Positions 10,772 to 21,052 are shown, counted from the stretch's first letter. The stretch: DNA of 64,000 bases from Pelagibacteraceae bacterium AG-390-A23 (GCA_003279775.1 QCGW01000001.1:34712-98711), one strand, 5' to 3'. Program-made: numbers and translations. The notes: a model not told the origin generated them from the sequence alone.

Positions 10772-11773
10772 ATGGCAGATTTGATAAAAATTGCAGTCGA
10801 TGCAATGGGTGGTGATGGATCACCAAAGAAAATAATAGATGGTATTATTTTAAATCATTCTAGTAATAAAAATAATTTTTTTAAAATTTTTGGTGACAAA
10901 AATAAAATAGATCCATTAATTAGAGAAAAAATACCTGGAGAATTTTTTGAATTAATTCATACAGAAAAAAAAATTGAAAGCACTGATAGCCCATTAGAGG
11001 GCGCAAAAAGAGGGAAAGATACTAGTATGTGGCTTGCCATTCAAAGTGTTAAAGATAAAGAAGCAGATATAGTTATATCAGCAGGTAACACAGGTGCATT
11101 GTTAGTCGTATCAAAATTGAATTTAAAAATGATAGAAAATATAGACAAACCAGCTTTATCTGCTTTATGGCCAAATAAAAAGGGTATGAGTGTTGTGTTG
11201 GATTTAGGAGCCAACATTGAATGTAGTTCTAAAAATTTATCAGACTTTTCAATTATGGGAGCTTCTTTATATACCTCGCTTTATCCGAATGATAAACCAA
11301 ATGTAGCATTATTAAATATCGGTTCAGAAGAATTAAAAGGAAATGAGACTATCAAAGAAACTTATCAATTATTAAATGAAAAAAAATCAGATAATTATAA
11401 TTTTGCTGGTTACATTGAGGGAAATCATCTTATGGATGGAAAGGTTAATGTAATAGTTTCAGACGGTTTTACAGGAAATGTTGCATTAAAAACAGCAGAG
11501 GGTACTGCGAATTTTATAACCAGTGAATTAAAAAATGCGATGACAGGTACATTGATAGGTAAAATTTCATCTTTATTAAATATATCAAACTTAACGAAAT
11601 TTAAGAAAAGACTAGATCCAAGACTATATAATGGAGCAATTTTTATTGGTTTAGACTCTCCAGTTGTTAAAAGTCACGGGGGAACTGATTATGTTGGTTT
11701 TTCAAATTCTTTAGATGTTTGTCATAGAATTGTAAAAGGCAATTTGATAGAAAAGATTAAGCAAAATATTTAA
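10772..11773 (+). CDS. plsX: Phosphate acyltransferase PlsX
   Basis: AVDAMGGD, SAGNTGA, LDLGAN, DGFTGNVALK, KSHG. Confidence 0.96.
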   Translation: MADLIKIAVDAMGGDGSPKKIIDGIILNHSSNKNNFFKIFGDKNKIDPLIREKIPGEFFELIHTEKKIESTDSPLEGAKRGKDTSMWLAIQSVKDKEADIVISAGNTGALLVVSKLNLKMIENIDKPALSALWPNKKGMSVVLDLGANIECSSKNLSDFSIMGASLYTSLYPNDKPNVALLNIGSEELKGNETIKETYQLLNEKKSDNYNFAGYIEGNHLMDGKVNVIVSDGFTGNVALKTAEGTANFITSELKNAMTGTLIGKISSLLNISNLTKFKKRLDPRLYNGAIFIGLDSPVVKSHGGTDYVGFSNSLDVCHRIVKGNLIEKIKQNI

Positions 11774-11774
11774 T

Positions 11775-12074
11775 ATGAGAATTAACTTAACTAAAAAAGA
11801 CTTAGTTAATTTGGTTTATATGCAGCTTGGTTTTTCAAAACAAATATCAGAAAATTTAATTGATGATTTTTTATTAACTATAGTAACTAACATCAAAAAA
11901 GAAAAAAAATTAAAATTATCTAAATTTGGAACTTTTTCTATTAGACAAAAGAAATCTAGGATTGGTAGAAACCCAAAAACTAAAGAAACAAAAGTAATTT
12001 CAAGCAGAGATGTCGTATTGTTTAAGCCATCAAAGGAATTTAAAGAATTTGTTAATTTAAAGAATAATGGATAA
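11775..12074 (+). CDS. ihfA: Integration host factor alpha / HU family DNA-binding protein
   Basis: LTKKDL, FGTFSIRQKKSRIGRNPKT, FKPS; plsX-ihfA-merR synteny. Confidence 0.85.
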   Translation: MRINLTKKDLVNLVYMQLGFSKQISENLIDDFLLTIVTNIKKEKKLKLSKFGTFSIRQKKSRIGRNPKTKETKVISSRDVVLFKPSKEFKEFVNLKNNG

Positions 12075-12450
12075 ATCAAATAGCGCTTACAAAACTATTG
12101 GTGAGGTAGCTAGAATATTAAATCTTAAATCAAATGATAAAGGAGCTTTACCAACACATGTCATTAGATTTTGGGAAACTCAATTTAAACAAATTAAACC
12201 AAAGATATTAAATTCTAATAGAAGATATTATGATGAAAAAACAATAAATCTTCTTAAAAAAGTTAAATTTTTACTTAAAGATCAAGGTATGACAATAAAG
12301 GGTGTAAAAAAAATATTAAATAATGAAGTTTCTTTAAAGCTTGACGAAATTGCAGATAAATCTATAAGGACTGAAAATTTAAGAAATAAGTTATTAAAAA
12401 TTTCTAATAAATTAAAAGAATTAAAAAATGGCAAAAAAAACGCACGTTAA
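12067..12450 (+). CDS. MerR-family transcriptional regulator
   Basis: YKTIGEVA, HVIRFWETQF, RRYY, GMTIKG. Confidence 0.9.
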   Translation: MDKSNSAYKTIGEVARILNLKSNDKGALPTHVIRFWETQFKQIKPKILNSNRRYYDEKTINLLKKVKFLLKDQGMTIKGVKKILNNEVSLKLDEIADKSIRTENLRNKLLKISNKLKELKNGKKNAR

Positions 12451-12619
12451 AGTAAGAATGGTTCCAGAGGCTAAACCTGATAGCCCTTACTTCTATTATG
12501 TAAAAAAACCTGCTGGAGGCGAGAAGGCCAAAGTTAAACTTTCAGCAAAGAAATACAATCCGGATACTAGAAAACACGAAATGTTTGTGGAAAAAAAGCT
12601 ACCGCCACACAGTAAGTAA
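12428..12619 (+). CDS. rpmG: 50S ribosomal protein L33 (Zn-free form)
   Basis: MAKK, FYYVKK, KLSAKKYNP..RKH.MFVEKK. Confidence 0.9.
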   Translation: MAKKTHVKVRMVPEAKPDSPYFYYVKKPAGGEKAKVKLSAKKYNPDTRKHEMFVEKKLPPHSK

Positions 12620-12910
12620 TTATTTTTTTTTGAAATTTCTTTTTTCATAATCGATATAAGATAAGATCATATTTTTCCATATACGATTAGTAATTTTAGG
12701 ATCAATCTTTAGTTTTTTAGATTTAGAGTGAATTTTTTTAAGTATAAAATTGATACGTTTTTTATCTACTATTTCTTTTTTAAATTCTTTAAGCTTTAAA
12801 ACTTCTTTTACAAGATTTGTTCTATATTTAATTAAAGATAATAACTTATTATCTAACTTATCCAATTTAGATCTTATTATTTCTAATTTTTTTTTGTTTT
12901 TAGGCGACAT
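12620..12910 (-). CDS. Chorismate mutase (AroQ type II)
   Basis: IRSKLDKLDNKLLSLIKYR, IVDKKRI. Confidence 0.8.
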   Translation of the reverse strand: MSPKNKKKLEIIRSKLDKLDNKLLSLIKYRTNLVKEVLKLKEFKKEIVDKKRINFILKKIHSKSKKLKIDPKITNRIWKNMILSYIDYEKRNFKKK

Positions 12911-12953
12911 TTAATTTATTGGTTTAATTAATAATTATTATATTTATTTAATC

Positions 12954-13979
12954 ATGTACAGTCAGAATTATTCTTTAAATTCTCAATTAAAAATATGGAT
13001 GATCACTTTATTAGTGATGATCGTGCTTATTATTTTAGTAGGGGGTCTAACTAGATTAACAGACTCTGGACTATCTATTACTAGTTGGGAAGTTTTTATT
13101 GGCTCATTACCACCTTTAACAAATGATAAATGGATAGAATATTTTGATCTCTATAAAACAATACCTGAATTTAAAGAGCAAAATTTCTCAATGACTTTAA
13201 ATGAATTTAAAATTATTTTTTGGTGGGAATGGGCACATCGTCAATTGGGGAGATTAATTGGTCTAACTGTGCTTTTACCCATGATCTATTTTACAATTAA
13301 AAATGGTTTTTGGATTTTAAAAGAATATTCACTAATTTTTTTATTAGTGTGTTTTCAAGGATTTATTGGCTGGTACATGGTTTCGAGTGGTTTAGTTGAT
13401 AGAATTGATGTTAGTCATTATAGATTATCACTACATTTATTTATAGCTTTTGTAATTTTATCTATAGTTTTTTGGAAATTTTTAAAACTAACAAATATAA
13501 AAATTAATCATATTAATATGAAATTAAATTCAATTAAATTTTTTCTTTTATTATTATTTTTGCAATTAATAGTTGGAGCATTTGTGTCTGGGATGGATGC
13601 AGGAAAAATTTATAATACTTGGCCCTTAATGGGCTCATCATATTTCCCAGATGACAGTGTAATCAATGATTTGTTTAATCTTACAGTGTTTGATGATCAA
13701 TCACTTGTTCAATTTATTCATAGAAATTTAGCATATTTAATTGTCATAATATATTTTTACATGCTTTATTTTGTTTTAAAAAATGGAAATAAAAATTTAA
13801 GAATTCCAATCTTCATTATTGGAATTTCTTTATTGTTTCAAATTGTTTTGGGAGTTCTTACAATTTTATCTGGAGTAAAAATGCATTATGCATCTGTACA
13901 CCAGATAAATTCTGTTTTTATAATACTTTCAACTTTGTATTTTCTTTATATTACAAAATATAAAGAGAATGTTTATTAG
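12954..13979 (+). CDS. ctaA: Heme A synthase (COX15/CtaA)
   Basis: GGLTRLTDSGLSI, WWEWAHR, GWYMVSSGL, GMDAG, QFIHR. Confidence 0.95.
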   Translation: MYSQNYSLNSQLKIWMITLLVMIVLIILVGGLTRLTDSGLSITSWEVFIGSLPPLTNDKWIEYFDLYKTIPEFKEQNFSMTLNEFKIIFWWEWAHRQLGRLIGLTVLLPMIYFTIKNGFWILKEYSLIFLLVCFQGFIGWYMVSSGLVDRIDVSHYRLSLHLFIAFVILSIVFWKFLKLTNIKINHINMKLNSIKFFLLLLFLQLIVGAFVSGMDAGKIYNTWPLMGSSYFPDDSVINDLFNLTVFDDQSLVQFIHRNLAYLIVIIYFYMLYFVLKNGNKNLRIPIFIIGISLLFQIVLGVLTILSGVKMHYASVHQINSVFIILSTLYFLYITKYKENVY

Positions 13980-14008
13980 CTTCTATTCGTAGACATATAA
14001 ACCTCAAA

Positions 14009-15337
14009 CTAACTAACAGCTTTTAAATTACCTTTAGAGGATTTATCTAAAGCTTGATCTAAATCATCAATAATATCATCTATGTGTTCTAGACCTATGC
14101 AAAGTCTTACATACCCTGGCGTTACTCCAGCTGCAGTTAGTTCATCTTCTGTTAACTGACTGTGTGTAGTTGTAGCAGGGTGAATAGCTAGACTTCTTGC
14201 ATCACCAATATTAGCAACATGGTAAAACATTTTTAAAGATTCAATAAACCTTTTTCCAGCATCTATTCCTCCAGCTAATTCAATACCAACTAATGCACCA
14301 TTTCCATTTTTTAGATATTTTGTTGCACGACTTGATATTTCTTTCTCATGTTCGGTAGCGTAAATTACTCTATTAATTGCTTTATGTTTTTTTAAGTAAT
14401 CAACGACTTTAGCCGCGTTTTCACAATGTTGTTTCATTCTTAAAGCAACAGTCTCTAAACCTTGAATTACGCCAAATGCATTATCAGGTGATAGGGCAGA
14501 ACCAAGATCTCTAAGCAATGTAACTCTTGCTCTAACTGCAAAAGATACATTTGCTCCTGTTAATTCTGGTACTGCTTTACCCCAAACAACACCACCATAA
14601 CTAGCATCAGGTTCGTTAAATAATGGTTGTCTTTTAGCATCTGCAGTCCAGTCAAAATTACCACCATCAACTAGGGCGCCACCAACAACTGTTCCATGTC
14701 CAGCTATATACTTTGTAAGTGAATAAACAACTACTGCAGCACCATGTTCAATTGGTTTACAAATAACTGGTGCAGCTGTGTTATCCATTATTAATGGTAT
14801 ATTATGTTTTCTTCCAATATCAGAAACTTCCTTGATTGGAAAAACCCTTAAATATGGATTTGGTAATGTTTCGCCATAAAAAGCTCTTGTTTTGTCATCA
14901 ACAGCTTTCTCAAAGTTTTTAGGATCTGAAGGATCAGCATACCTAACTTCAATTCCAAGTTTACTCAAAGTGTGTGTAAACAAGGATACAGTTCCACCAT
15001 ATAAATCCGTTGAACTAACTATGTTATCACCTGCTTGTGCAACATTTAAGATTGCAAAAGTAGATGCCGTTTGTCCTGAGGAAACCGTAAGACTTGCTAG
15101 ACCTCCTTCAAGTGCTGACAATCTCTTTTCTAGAACATCATTAGTAGGATTCATGATTCGAGTGTAAATATTTCCAAACTCTTTTAGAGCAAAGAGATTT
15201 GCTGCGTGCTCTGTGCTATTAAATTGATATGATGTCGTTCTATATATTGGTACAGCTACAGAATTTGTTGCTGGATCACTTCTATAGTCACCACCGTGTA
15301 TAGCTATAGTTTCTGGATTGTTTCTTTTTGTACTCAT
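14009..15337 (-). CDS. metY: O-acetylhomoserine sulfhydrylase
   Basis: IYTRIMNPT, SLTKYIAGHG, NIGDARSLAIHPATTTHSQL. Confidence 0.93.
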   Translation of the reverse strand: MSTKRNNPETIAIHGGDYRSDPATNSVAVPIYRTTSYQFNSTEHAANLFALKEFGNIYTRIMNPTNDVLEKRLSALEGGLASLTVSSGQTASTFAILNVAQAGDNIVSSTDLYGGTVSLFTHTLSKLGIEVRYADPSDPKNFEKAVDDKTRAFYGETLPNPYLRVFPIKEVSDIGRKHNIPLIMDNTAAPVICKPIEHGAAVVVYSLTKYIAGHGTVVGGALVDGGNFDWTADAKRQPLFNEPDASYGGVVWGKAVPELTGANVSFAVRARVTLLRDLGSALSPDNAFGVIQGLETVALRMKQHCENAAKVVDYLKKHKAINRVIYATEHEKEISSRATKYLKNGNGALVGIELAGGIDAGKRFIESLKMFYHVANIGDARSLAIHPATTTHSQLTEDELTAAGVTPGYVRLCIGLEHIDDIIDDLDQALDKSSKGNLKAVS

Positions 15338-15342
15338 TTTTA

Positions 15343-15398
15343 CTCCTTTTTTAGTGCTTTAACTTTATGTAAGGCGCACAATACAGTTCAAATGCCTA
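15343..15398 (-). ncRNA. SAM-V riboswitch overlapping the metY ribosome-binding site
   Basis: Minus strand AGGCAUUUGAACUGUAUUGUGCGCCU...AAAGCACUAAAAAAGGAG: P1 AGGC/GCCU, pseudoknot UUGUGC/GCACUAA, ending at the SD AGGAG. Confidence 0.9.
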
Positions 15399-15423
15399 CC
15401 AATTTGCAATGTTATGAAAAAAT

Positions 15424-15468
15424 TCCTTTTTAGCAGTTATAAGCCCGCAATAGGATCAAATCGGCAAC
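15424..15468 (-). ncRNA. SAM-II riboswitch, upstream member of a tandem
   Basis: Minus strand GCCGAUUUGAUCCUAUUGCGGGCUUAUAACUGCUAAAAAGGA: P1 GCC/GGC, GAUUU loop, UUGC/GCUAA and UCCU/AGGA pseudoknot. Confidence 0.8.
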
Positions 15469-15512
15469 TAATTTCTAGCATATAAGCTACATAATTCAAG
15501 GTAAATATAAAA

Positions 15513-15540
15513 TTGACTTTGTAATTATTAATAGTATTAA
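15513..15540 (+). promoter_or_regulatory. Putative sigma70 promoter of rplM-rpsI
   Basis: TTGACT-N16-TATTAA ending 10 bp before the rplM ATG. Confidence 0.45.
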
Positions 15541-15550
15541 TCCTCGCACA

Positions 15551-16009
15551 ATGACAAAATTCACTAAAAAAGACCAATTAGCTTCATCTTGGTATGAAAT
15601 AGACGCAAAGAATGCAGTAGTTGGAAGACTAGCAACTGTAGTTTCAAACATCATAAGAGGTAAGAATAAAACTACATACACTCCTCATATGGATGATGGT
15701 GATTTTGTTGTTGTTAAAAATATTGAACAAGCAAAATTTACTGGAAAAAAATTTCAAGATAAAAAATATTACAGACACACTGGTCATCCAGGTGGAATTA
15801 AAGTTACAACACCTGAGAAGCTTCATGAAAAAAAACCTGGAGAAACTTTAAAAATGGCTGTTAAAAGAATGTTACCAGGCGGAGTACTGGGTAGAAAACA
15901 ATTAACAAAATTAAAAATATACGCAGGTAATGAGCATCCTCATTCTGCACAAAATCCGACTGTAATAGAGTTAGATAAATTAAATAGTAAAAATATAGCT
16001 AGAAACTAA
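15551..16009 (+). CDS. rplM: 50S ribosomal protein L13
   Basis: WYEIDA, VGRLA, YTPHMDDGD, YYRHTGHPGG, AVKRMLP. Confidence 0.97.
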   Translation: MTKFTKKDQLASSWYEIDAKNAVVGRLATVVSNIIRGKNKTTYTPHMDDGDFVVVKNIEQAKFTGKKFQDKKYYRHTGHPGGIKVTTPEKLHEKKPGETLKMAVKRMLPGGVLGRKQLTKLKIYAGNEHPHSAQNPTVIELDKLNSKNIARN

Positions 16010-16010
16010 C

Positions 16011-16448
16011 ATGGAAAACACTCAATCAGCACCAAAATCTCCAAAATTAAAATTAGATTTTAAAGACAGTAAATACGCTACTGGCAGAAGAAAAACATCA
16101 ATTGCAAAAGTTTGGTTAAAAAAAGGTTCTGGTAAAATTTACGTAAATGGTAAATTATTTAGTGATTATTTTGCTGACGAAACTCATAAAATGCAAATTA
16201 CAAGACCTTTTGAAATTATTAATCAGGCTACTGATTACGATGTAAGATGCAGTGTAAAAGGAGGAGGACCTACTGGCCAAGCTGGAGCTATGGTTCATGG
16301 TATTTCAAAAGCTTTAGTATTATTTGATGAAAATCTAAAAGCCACCTTAAAAACAGAGAAACTTACTACCAGAGACTCAAGAGCAGTTGAAAGAAAAAAA
16401 CCTGGTAGAAGAAAAGCTAGAAGAAGCTTCCAATTCTCTAAAAGATAA
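16011..16448 (+). CDS. rpsI: 30S ribosomal protein S9
   Basis: TGRRKTSIA, GGGPTGQAGA, TRDSRAVERKKPG, QFSKR. Confidence 0.97.
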   Translation: MENTQSAPKSPKLKLDFKDSKYATGRRKTSIAKVWLKKGSGKIYVNGKLFSDYFADETHKMQITRPFEIINQATDYDVRCSVKGGGPTGQAGAMVHGISKALVLFDENLKATLKTEKLTTRDSRAVERKKPGRRKARRSFQFSKR

Positions 16449-16481
16449 TTTTTTTTTAATTTTTAACTGTTATAATAAAAA

Positions 16482-17504
16482 ATGCCTAAGCTTAACGCAT
16501 TAGTTGCTGGATCAACTGGATATATTGGTGTTCAATTAATTAAATTATTAGTTAAACACAAATATATTAATATTAAATACCTTTGTGGAAACTCTTCTGT
16601 GGGTAAACAGGTCAAATTTTACGATAAATCTTTATCTAAATATAAATTACCAAAAATTTTAAAATTTAATAAAAAATTATTAAAAGACGTTCATGTTATT
16701 TTTACAGCACTTCCAAATGGGGAAGCACAGGATATCTCAAAACATTTAAGCAAAAATCATACGCTGATTGATCTTGCTGCAGATTTTAGATTAGAAAAAG
16801 CTTCTGATTATTTAAAGTGGTATAAACAAAAACATCGAGCAACTAATTTAATAAAAAAAAGTATTTATTTACTTCCTGAAATTAATAGAAAAGAGATTAA
16901 AAAATATAATATTATTTCATGTCCTGGCTGTTATCCAACTTCTATTCTGATGCCTTTGATACCTTTGTTCAAGAAAAATTTAATTAAATTTAATAGCATC
17001 ATAATAGATTCAAAATCTGGATATTCAGGCGCTGGTAGAGGAGTTCACAAAAAGTATAAAAATAAAAATCTATATGAATCTTTAAGTGCATATGGAGTTG
17101 GTTTCCATCGCCATAATTCAGAAATAGATCAAATGTTAAGAAAATTTACTAAGAAAAAATTTGAATTTAGTTTTACTCCTCACTTATCACCAATGTTCAG
17201 AGGTATTTTGAGTACTATATATGTTGATTTAGAAAACAATATTTCACAAGCTAAAGTATTAAAAACATTAACTAGTTTTTATCTAAAAGAGAGTTTTGTA
17301 AAAATATTAAAGCCTGACTCTTTGTTAAGCACCAATGAAGTAATAAATACTAATAACTGTTATATTTCAGTGTGCAAATCTAAATATAGTAATAAAATAA
17401 TCATTCTATCTGCTATCGATAATTTGATTAAGGGTGGAGCAGGTCAAGCTGTACAAAATTTAAATAATAAATTTAATTTTCCTGAAAAGACAGGTTTAAA
17501 ATGA
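16482..17504 (+). CDS. argC: N-acetyl-gamma-glutamyl-phosphate reductase
   Basis: GSTGYIG, DLAADFR, PGCYPT, SGYSGAGR, DNLIKGGAGQA. Confidence 0.96.
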   Translation: MPKLNALVAGSTGYIGVQLIKLLVKHKYINIKYLCGNSSVGKQVKFYDKSLSKYKLPKILKFNKKLLKDVHVIFTALPNGEAQDISKHLSKNHTLIDLAADFRLEKASDYLKWYKQKHRATNLIKKSIYLLPEINRKEIKKYNIISCPGCYPTSILMPLIPLFKKNLIKFNSIIIDSKSGYSGAGRGVHKKYKNKNLYESLSAYGVGFHRHNSEIDQMLRKFTKKKFEFSFTPHLSPMFRGILSTIYVDLENNISQAKVLKTLTSFYLKESFVKILKPDSLLSTNEVINTNNCYISVCKSKYSNKIIILSAIDNLIKGGAGQAVQNLNNKFNFPEKTGLK

Positions 17505-17728
17505 GAAAATTTATAATAATTTTTTTTTCATTAATATTAGCCAATTGTTCCTTAAACAAAGATTCTCAATATTGGACAGAAAATTCTATCGAAAGTAAAA
17601 TTAATCAAAAAAAATTAAATGAGATATTAAAAAAGTCAGACGATATAACATCAATGACATTAGAGGAATATGAGATTTATATAGATGACTATACAAAAAA
17701 AAGTAAATATCCAGATATAAGCAAATGA
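17501..17728 (+). CDS. Small hypothetical lipoprotein
   Basis: Signal peptide with lipobox LANC; ATGA overlaps with both neighbours. Confidence 0.7.
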   Translation: MRKFIIIFFSLILANCSLNKDSQYWTENSIESKINQKKLNEILKKSDDITSMTLEEYEIYIDDYTKKSKYPDISK

Positions 17729-19017
17729 GTAAATTAATTAATATTGCAGTAGTAGGACTTGGTCAGGTTGGTAATTATTTACTAAATGAACTAAATACAA
17801 AAAAGAAAGATATAGAGCTTAAAACAGGTAAGAAAATTAATGTGGTGGCTGTTTCTGCTAGAAATATTAATAAAAAAAGAAAATTCAAAGTTAATAAAAA
17901 AATATTTTACAAAAATCCTTTAGAAATTTTTAAGAAAAATAATATTGATATATTATTTGAAGCTATAGGTTTATCAGATGGTATTTCTAAAAAAGTTGTG
18001 GAAACTGCTTTAAAAAGTAAAATCCATGTTATTACACCTAATAAAGCTTTAATCTCAAAACATGGCAATGAATTAGCAAAACTTGCAGAAAAAAATAAAG
18101 TTAATTTAGAATTTGAAGCATCGGTTGCTGGTGGTATCCCAATATTAAGATCTATTAAAGAAGGATTGGCAACAAATAAAATATCAAAGGTTTATGGAAT
18201 TCTGAACGGTACCTCAAATTATATTTTATCTGAAATGGAAAATTCAAATGAAAATTTTGCTGACGTTTTAAAAAAAGCACAGATACTTGGTTATGCCGAA
18301 CCTGGTAATCCTAAATTAGACTTAAATGGTTTTGACGCATTTGCAAAAGTTAGGATTTTATCTGCTTTAGCCTTTAACAGTAAAATTTCAAAACATAAAT
18401 GTTTAATGGAAGGAATAGAAAACATTGAATTAAAGGATATTAAAATTGCAAATCAATTAGATTTAAGAATAAAGCTGTTGGGAATTTCAGAGTTAAAGAA
18501 TAATCATCTTTTTGAAACTGTCCATCCATGTTTAGTTGGTAAAAAATCTTATATTGGTAATGTAAACGGTGTAATGAATGCAGTTATTCTTCAAGGCAAA
18601 CCAGTAGGAGAAAGTGTTTTACAAGGTGAGGGTGCTGGACCAGGTCCTACTTCTTCATCATTACTTTCTGATTTATTATCAATTTTGCGCGGAAATATAA
18701 AAAAACCTTTTGGTGTTAGTGTTTCTAAGCTTAAATCTTTAAAACCATATAATGTAAATAATTATGTTAATTCATTATATTTGAGATTCGAAGTAAAAGA
18801 TAAGCCTGGTGTATTATCTGAAATAACTAATCGTTTAGCTAAATATAAAATTTCAGTTAAAAGGCTAATTCAAACACCTGATAAAAAAAATAATAAAGCA
18901 ACAATTGTTATTATTACACATAAAACAACTGATATTAATATTCATAATTGTTTATCTATTTTCAAAAAAAATAAAAATATTTTAAAAACACCAACGTTAA
19001 TTAGATTGCTTGGTTAA
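17725..19017 (+). CDS. hom: Homoserine dehydrogenase with C-terminal ACT domain
   Basis: GLGQVG, EASVAGGIP, ILNGTSNY, GYAE, GEGAG, DKPGVL. Confidence 0.96.
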   Translation: MSKLINIAVVGLGQVGNYLLNELNTKKKDIELKTGKKINVVAVSARNINKKRKFKVNKKIFYKNPLEIFKKNNIDILFEAIGLSDGISKKVVETALKSKIHVITPNKALISKHGNELAKLAEKNKVNLEFEASVAGGIPILRSIKEGLATNKISKVYGILNGTSNYILSEMENSNENFADVLKKAQILGYAEPGNPKLDLNGFDAFAKVRILSALAFNSKISKHKCLMEGIENIELKDIKIANQLDLRIKLLGISELKNNHLFETVHPCLVGKKSYIGNVNGVMNAVILQGKPVGESVLQGEGAGPGPTSSSLLSDLLSILRGNIKKPFGVSVSKLKSLKPYNVNNYVNSLYLRFEVKDKPGVLSEITNRLAKYKISVKRLIQTPDKKNNKATIVIITHKTTDINIHNCLSIFKKNKNILKTPTLIRLLG

Positions 19018-19917
19018 TGGAAATTTACTTAAAACTTTTTGAAGTTTTATTTCCTGTTTTTTTTATTATTGCAATTGGATATTTTATTGGAAAAAAAAAT
19101 CCAAAATTAGATACAGATTTTATTACAAATTTCGCAGGAAATATTGGGAGCCCTGCAATGGTATTTTATTCAATAACAACTACAGGAATTACTTTTGCTA
19201 TATTTATTGAATACTTTTGGTATTCTTTAATTGCCATAACAGGATTTAGTGTAATTGGTATAATTTTTCTAAAGTTTTTAAATAAGGACGTAATTACTGA
19301 GCTACCACCATTCATTTTGCCAAATACAGGTAATATGGGTTTACCCTTATGTTTATTCGCTTATGGAAATCAAGGTCTTGGAGTTGCAGCAACAATTTCG
19401 TCTTTGGTGATACTCTTTCATTTTACACTTGGTGTATTTTTAGCAAGTAAAAAAATTAGAACTCAGTTTACTATTAAGAAGTCCTCCAGTTTATGCAATT
19501 ATCATATCAGTTTTATTTTTATTTTTTGAATTAGAGGTACCAATATTTTTAGTAAACACCACAATGATGTTAACCTATGCTGCAATTTTTTTAATATTAA
19601 TGTCTTTAGGAATAGCATTAACAAGATTTAAAGTTTTTTCATTCAAGTCAGCATTTATTTCATCTATTGGACGTGTATTAATTGGTCCAATTATTGGATT
19701 TGTTATGATTAAATATTTTAATCTATCAGGATTTGCAGCAGGCGTATTATTAATACAATGCTCAATGCCAAGTGCAGTTTTAACTTACTTGGTAGGTTCG
19801 ATATACTCATCAAAACAGGTTGTTGATAGTATTGCAAGTATGATTGTTGTTTCAACTATAATGTCATTCATAACTGTTCCTATTACTATATTCTTTGCTT
19901 TAAAATACTTCTATTAA
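19017..19917 (+). pseudogene. AEC (auxin efflux carrier) family permease split by a +1 frameshift
   Basis: PNTGNMGLP in the first ORF and SMPSAV in the second; deleting one A from the A7 run at 19449-19455 gives a continuous frame (..ASKKLELSLLLRSPPVYA..NTTMMLTY..). Confidence 0.8.
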
Positions 19918-19933
19918 GATATATCCTTCTTTT

Positions 19934-20785
19934 ATGAAGGCTATAATTTTAAATGCATCTGCCTGGATGATTGTTCCTGTAATGGATGCTTTTGCTAAGT
20001 ATTTAAGCTCATCTATGGATGTTTTGCAGATAACGTGGGCAAGATATTTTTTTACTGTAGTCTTTACATTATCCCTAATGCTTATCTTTTATAGGCATTC
20101 ATTAGTTTGGACGAAAAAACCAGCCCTTCAATTAATTAGAGGATTAATTTTTGTTTTTTCTACTTATTTATTCTTTTATGCAATATCGGAAATTTCACTT
20201 CCTAAAGCCTTAACCTTAGCTTTTGTTGCTCCAATTTGTGTTACAGCCTTATCTCCATTTTTTTTAAATGAGAAAGTAGGGGTGAAGAGGTGGACTGCTG
20301 TATCATTAGGATTTATTGGAACTTTAATTGTAATCAGACCTGGCTTTATAGAACTTAATTTAGCTACCATGGCTGCTTTAGGTAATGGAATTTGCTATGG
20401 GTTTTATCTTATTATCACGAGGAAGCTCAGTACCTCTGACAATCCTCTTTTAACCCTTTTACTATCGGGTTTAATAGGAACCATTATAATTAGCCTATTT
20501 ATGCCCTCAGTTTGGGTTAATCCTACGTCAAATGAGTGGATTTTAATGGCTTTAATCGGCCTTATAGCCTCTGTTGCGCACCTTTTTCTCATATTATCAC
20601 TCAAATACGCTGATGCTTCTAAATTAGCTCCTTTGGGCTATACAGAGATAATTACCAATATACTAATTAGTTATTATTTCTTTCATGAATTACCAGATAA
20701 CTGGACTTATTTAGGTTTATTTATCATTGTTCTCAGTGGTCTATATATTTCTAGAAGAGAATATTTGATTAATCGTTCTAATTAA
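19934..20785 (+). CDS. DMT/EamA-family transporter
   Basis: About 10 TM helices; LNEKVGVKRW, IRPG, ASKLAPLGY. Confidence 0.9.
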   Translation: MKAIILNASAWMIVPVMDAFAKYLSSSMDVLQITWARYFFTVVFTLSLMLIFYRHSLVWTKKPALQLIRGLIFVFSTYLFFYAISEISLPKALTLAFVAPICVTALSPFFLNEKVGVKRWTAVSLGFIGTLIVIRPGFIELNLATMAALGNGICYGFYLIITRKLSTSDNPLLTLLLSGLIGTIIISLFMPSVWVNPTSNEWILMALIGLIASVAHLFLILSLKYADASKLAPLGYTEIITNILISYYFFHELPDNWTYLGLFIIVLSGLYISRREYLINRSN

Positions 20786-21044
20786 TAGTAAATAAATAGT
20801 TACTAATATTTAATCTAATACATTAATATTTTTAATTAAACTATTGTAATTATTATATTTTTTAATATGTAATATATAGATAAATTAATACAAATTATCA
20901 AAAAATTACTATTATCTTAAATAGACAAAGACATAAATAACAATATAAATAAAAAAAATAAACCATAATACTTAAAAGTGTTTAATATCAATGGTTTTAT
21001 CAGCTAATTAAACACTAAATTCAAAATTCTTAATTTTAATAAGT

Positions 21045-21052
21045 GGGTAGGG
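21045..21052 (+). other. KOPS-like octamer GGGTAGGG
   Basis: Exact GGGNAGGG in an AT-rich intergenic region, oriented toward the palindrome at 21840. Confidence 0.4.

Noticed and set aside
15505-15535. dif-like GACTTTGTAATT sequence upstream of rplM
   Set aside because: It lacks a XerD-type arm and is better explained as the rplM -35 region.
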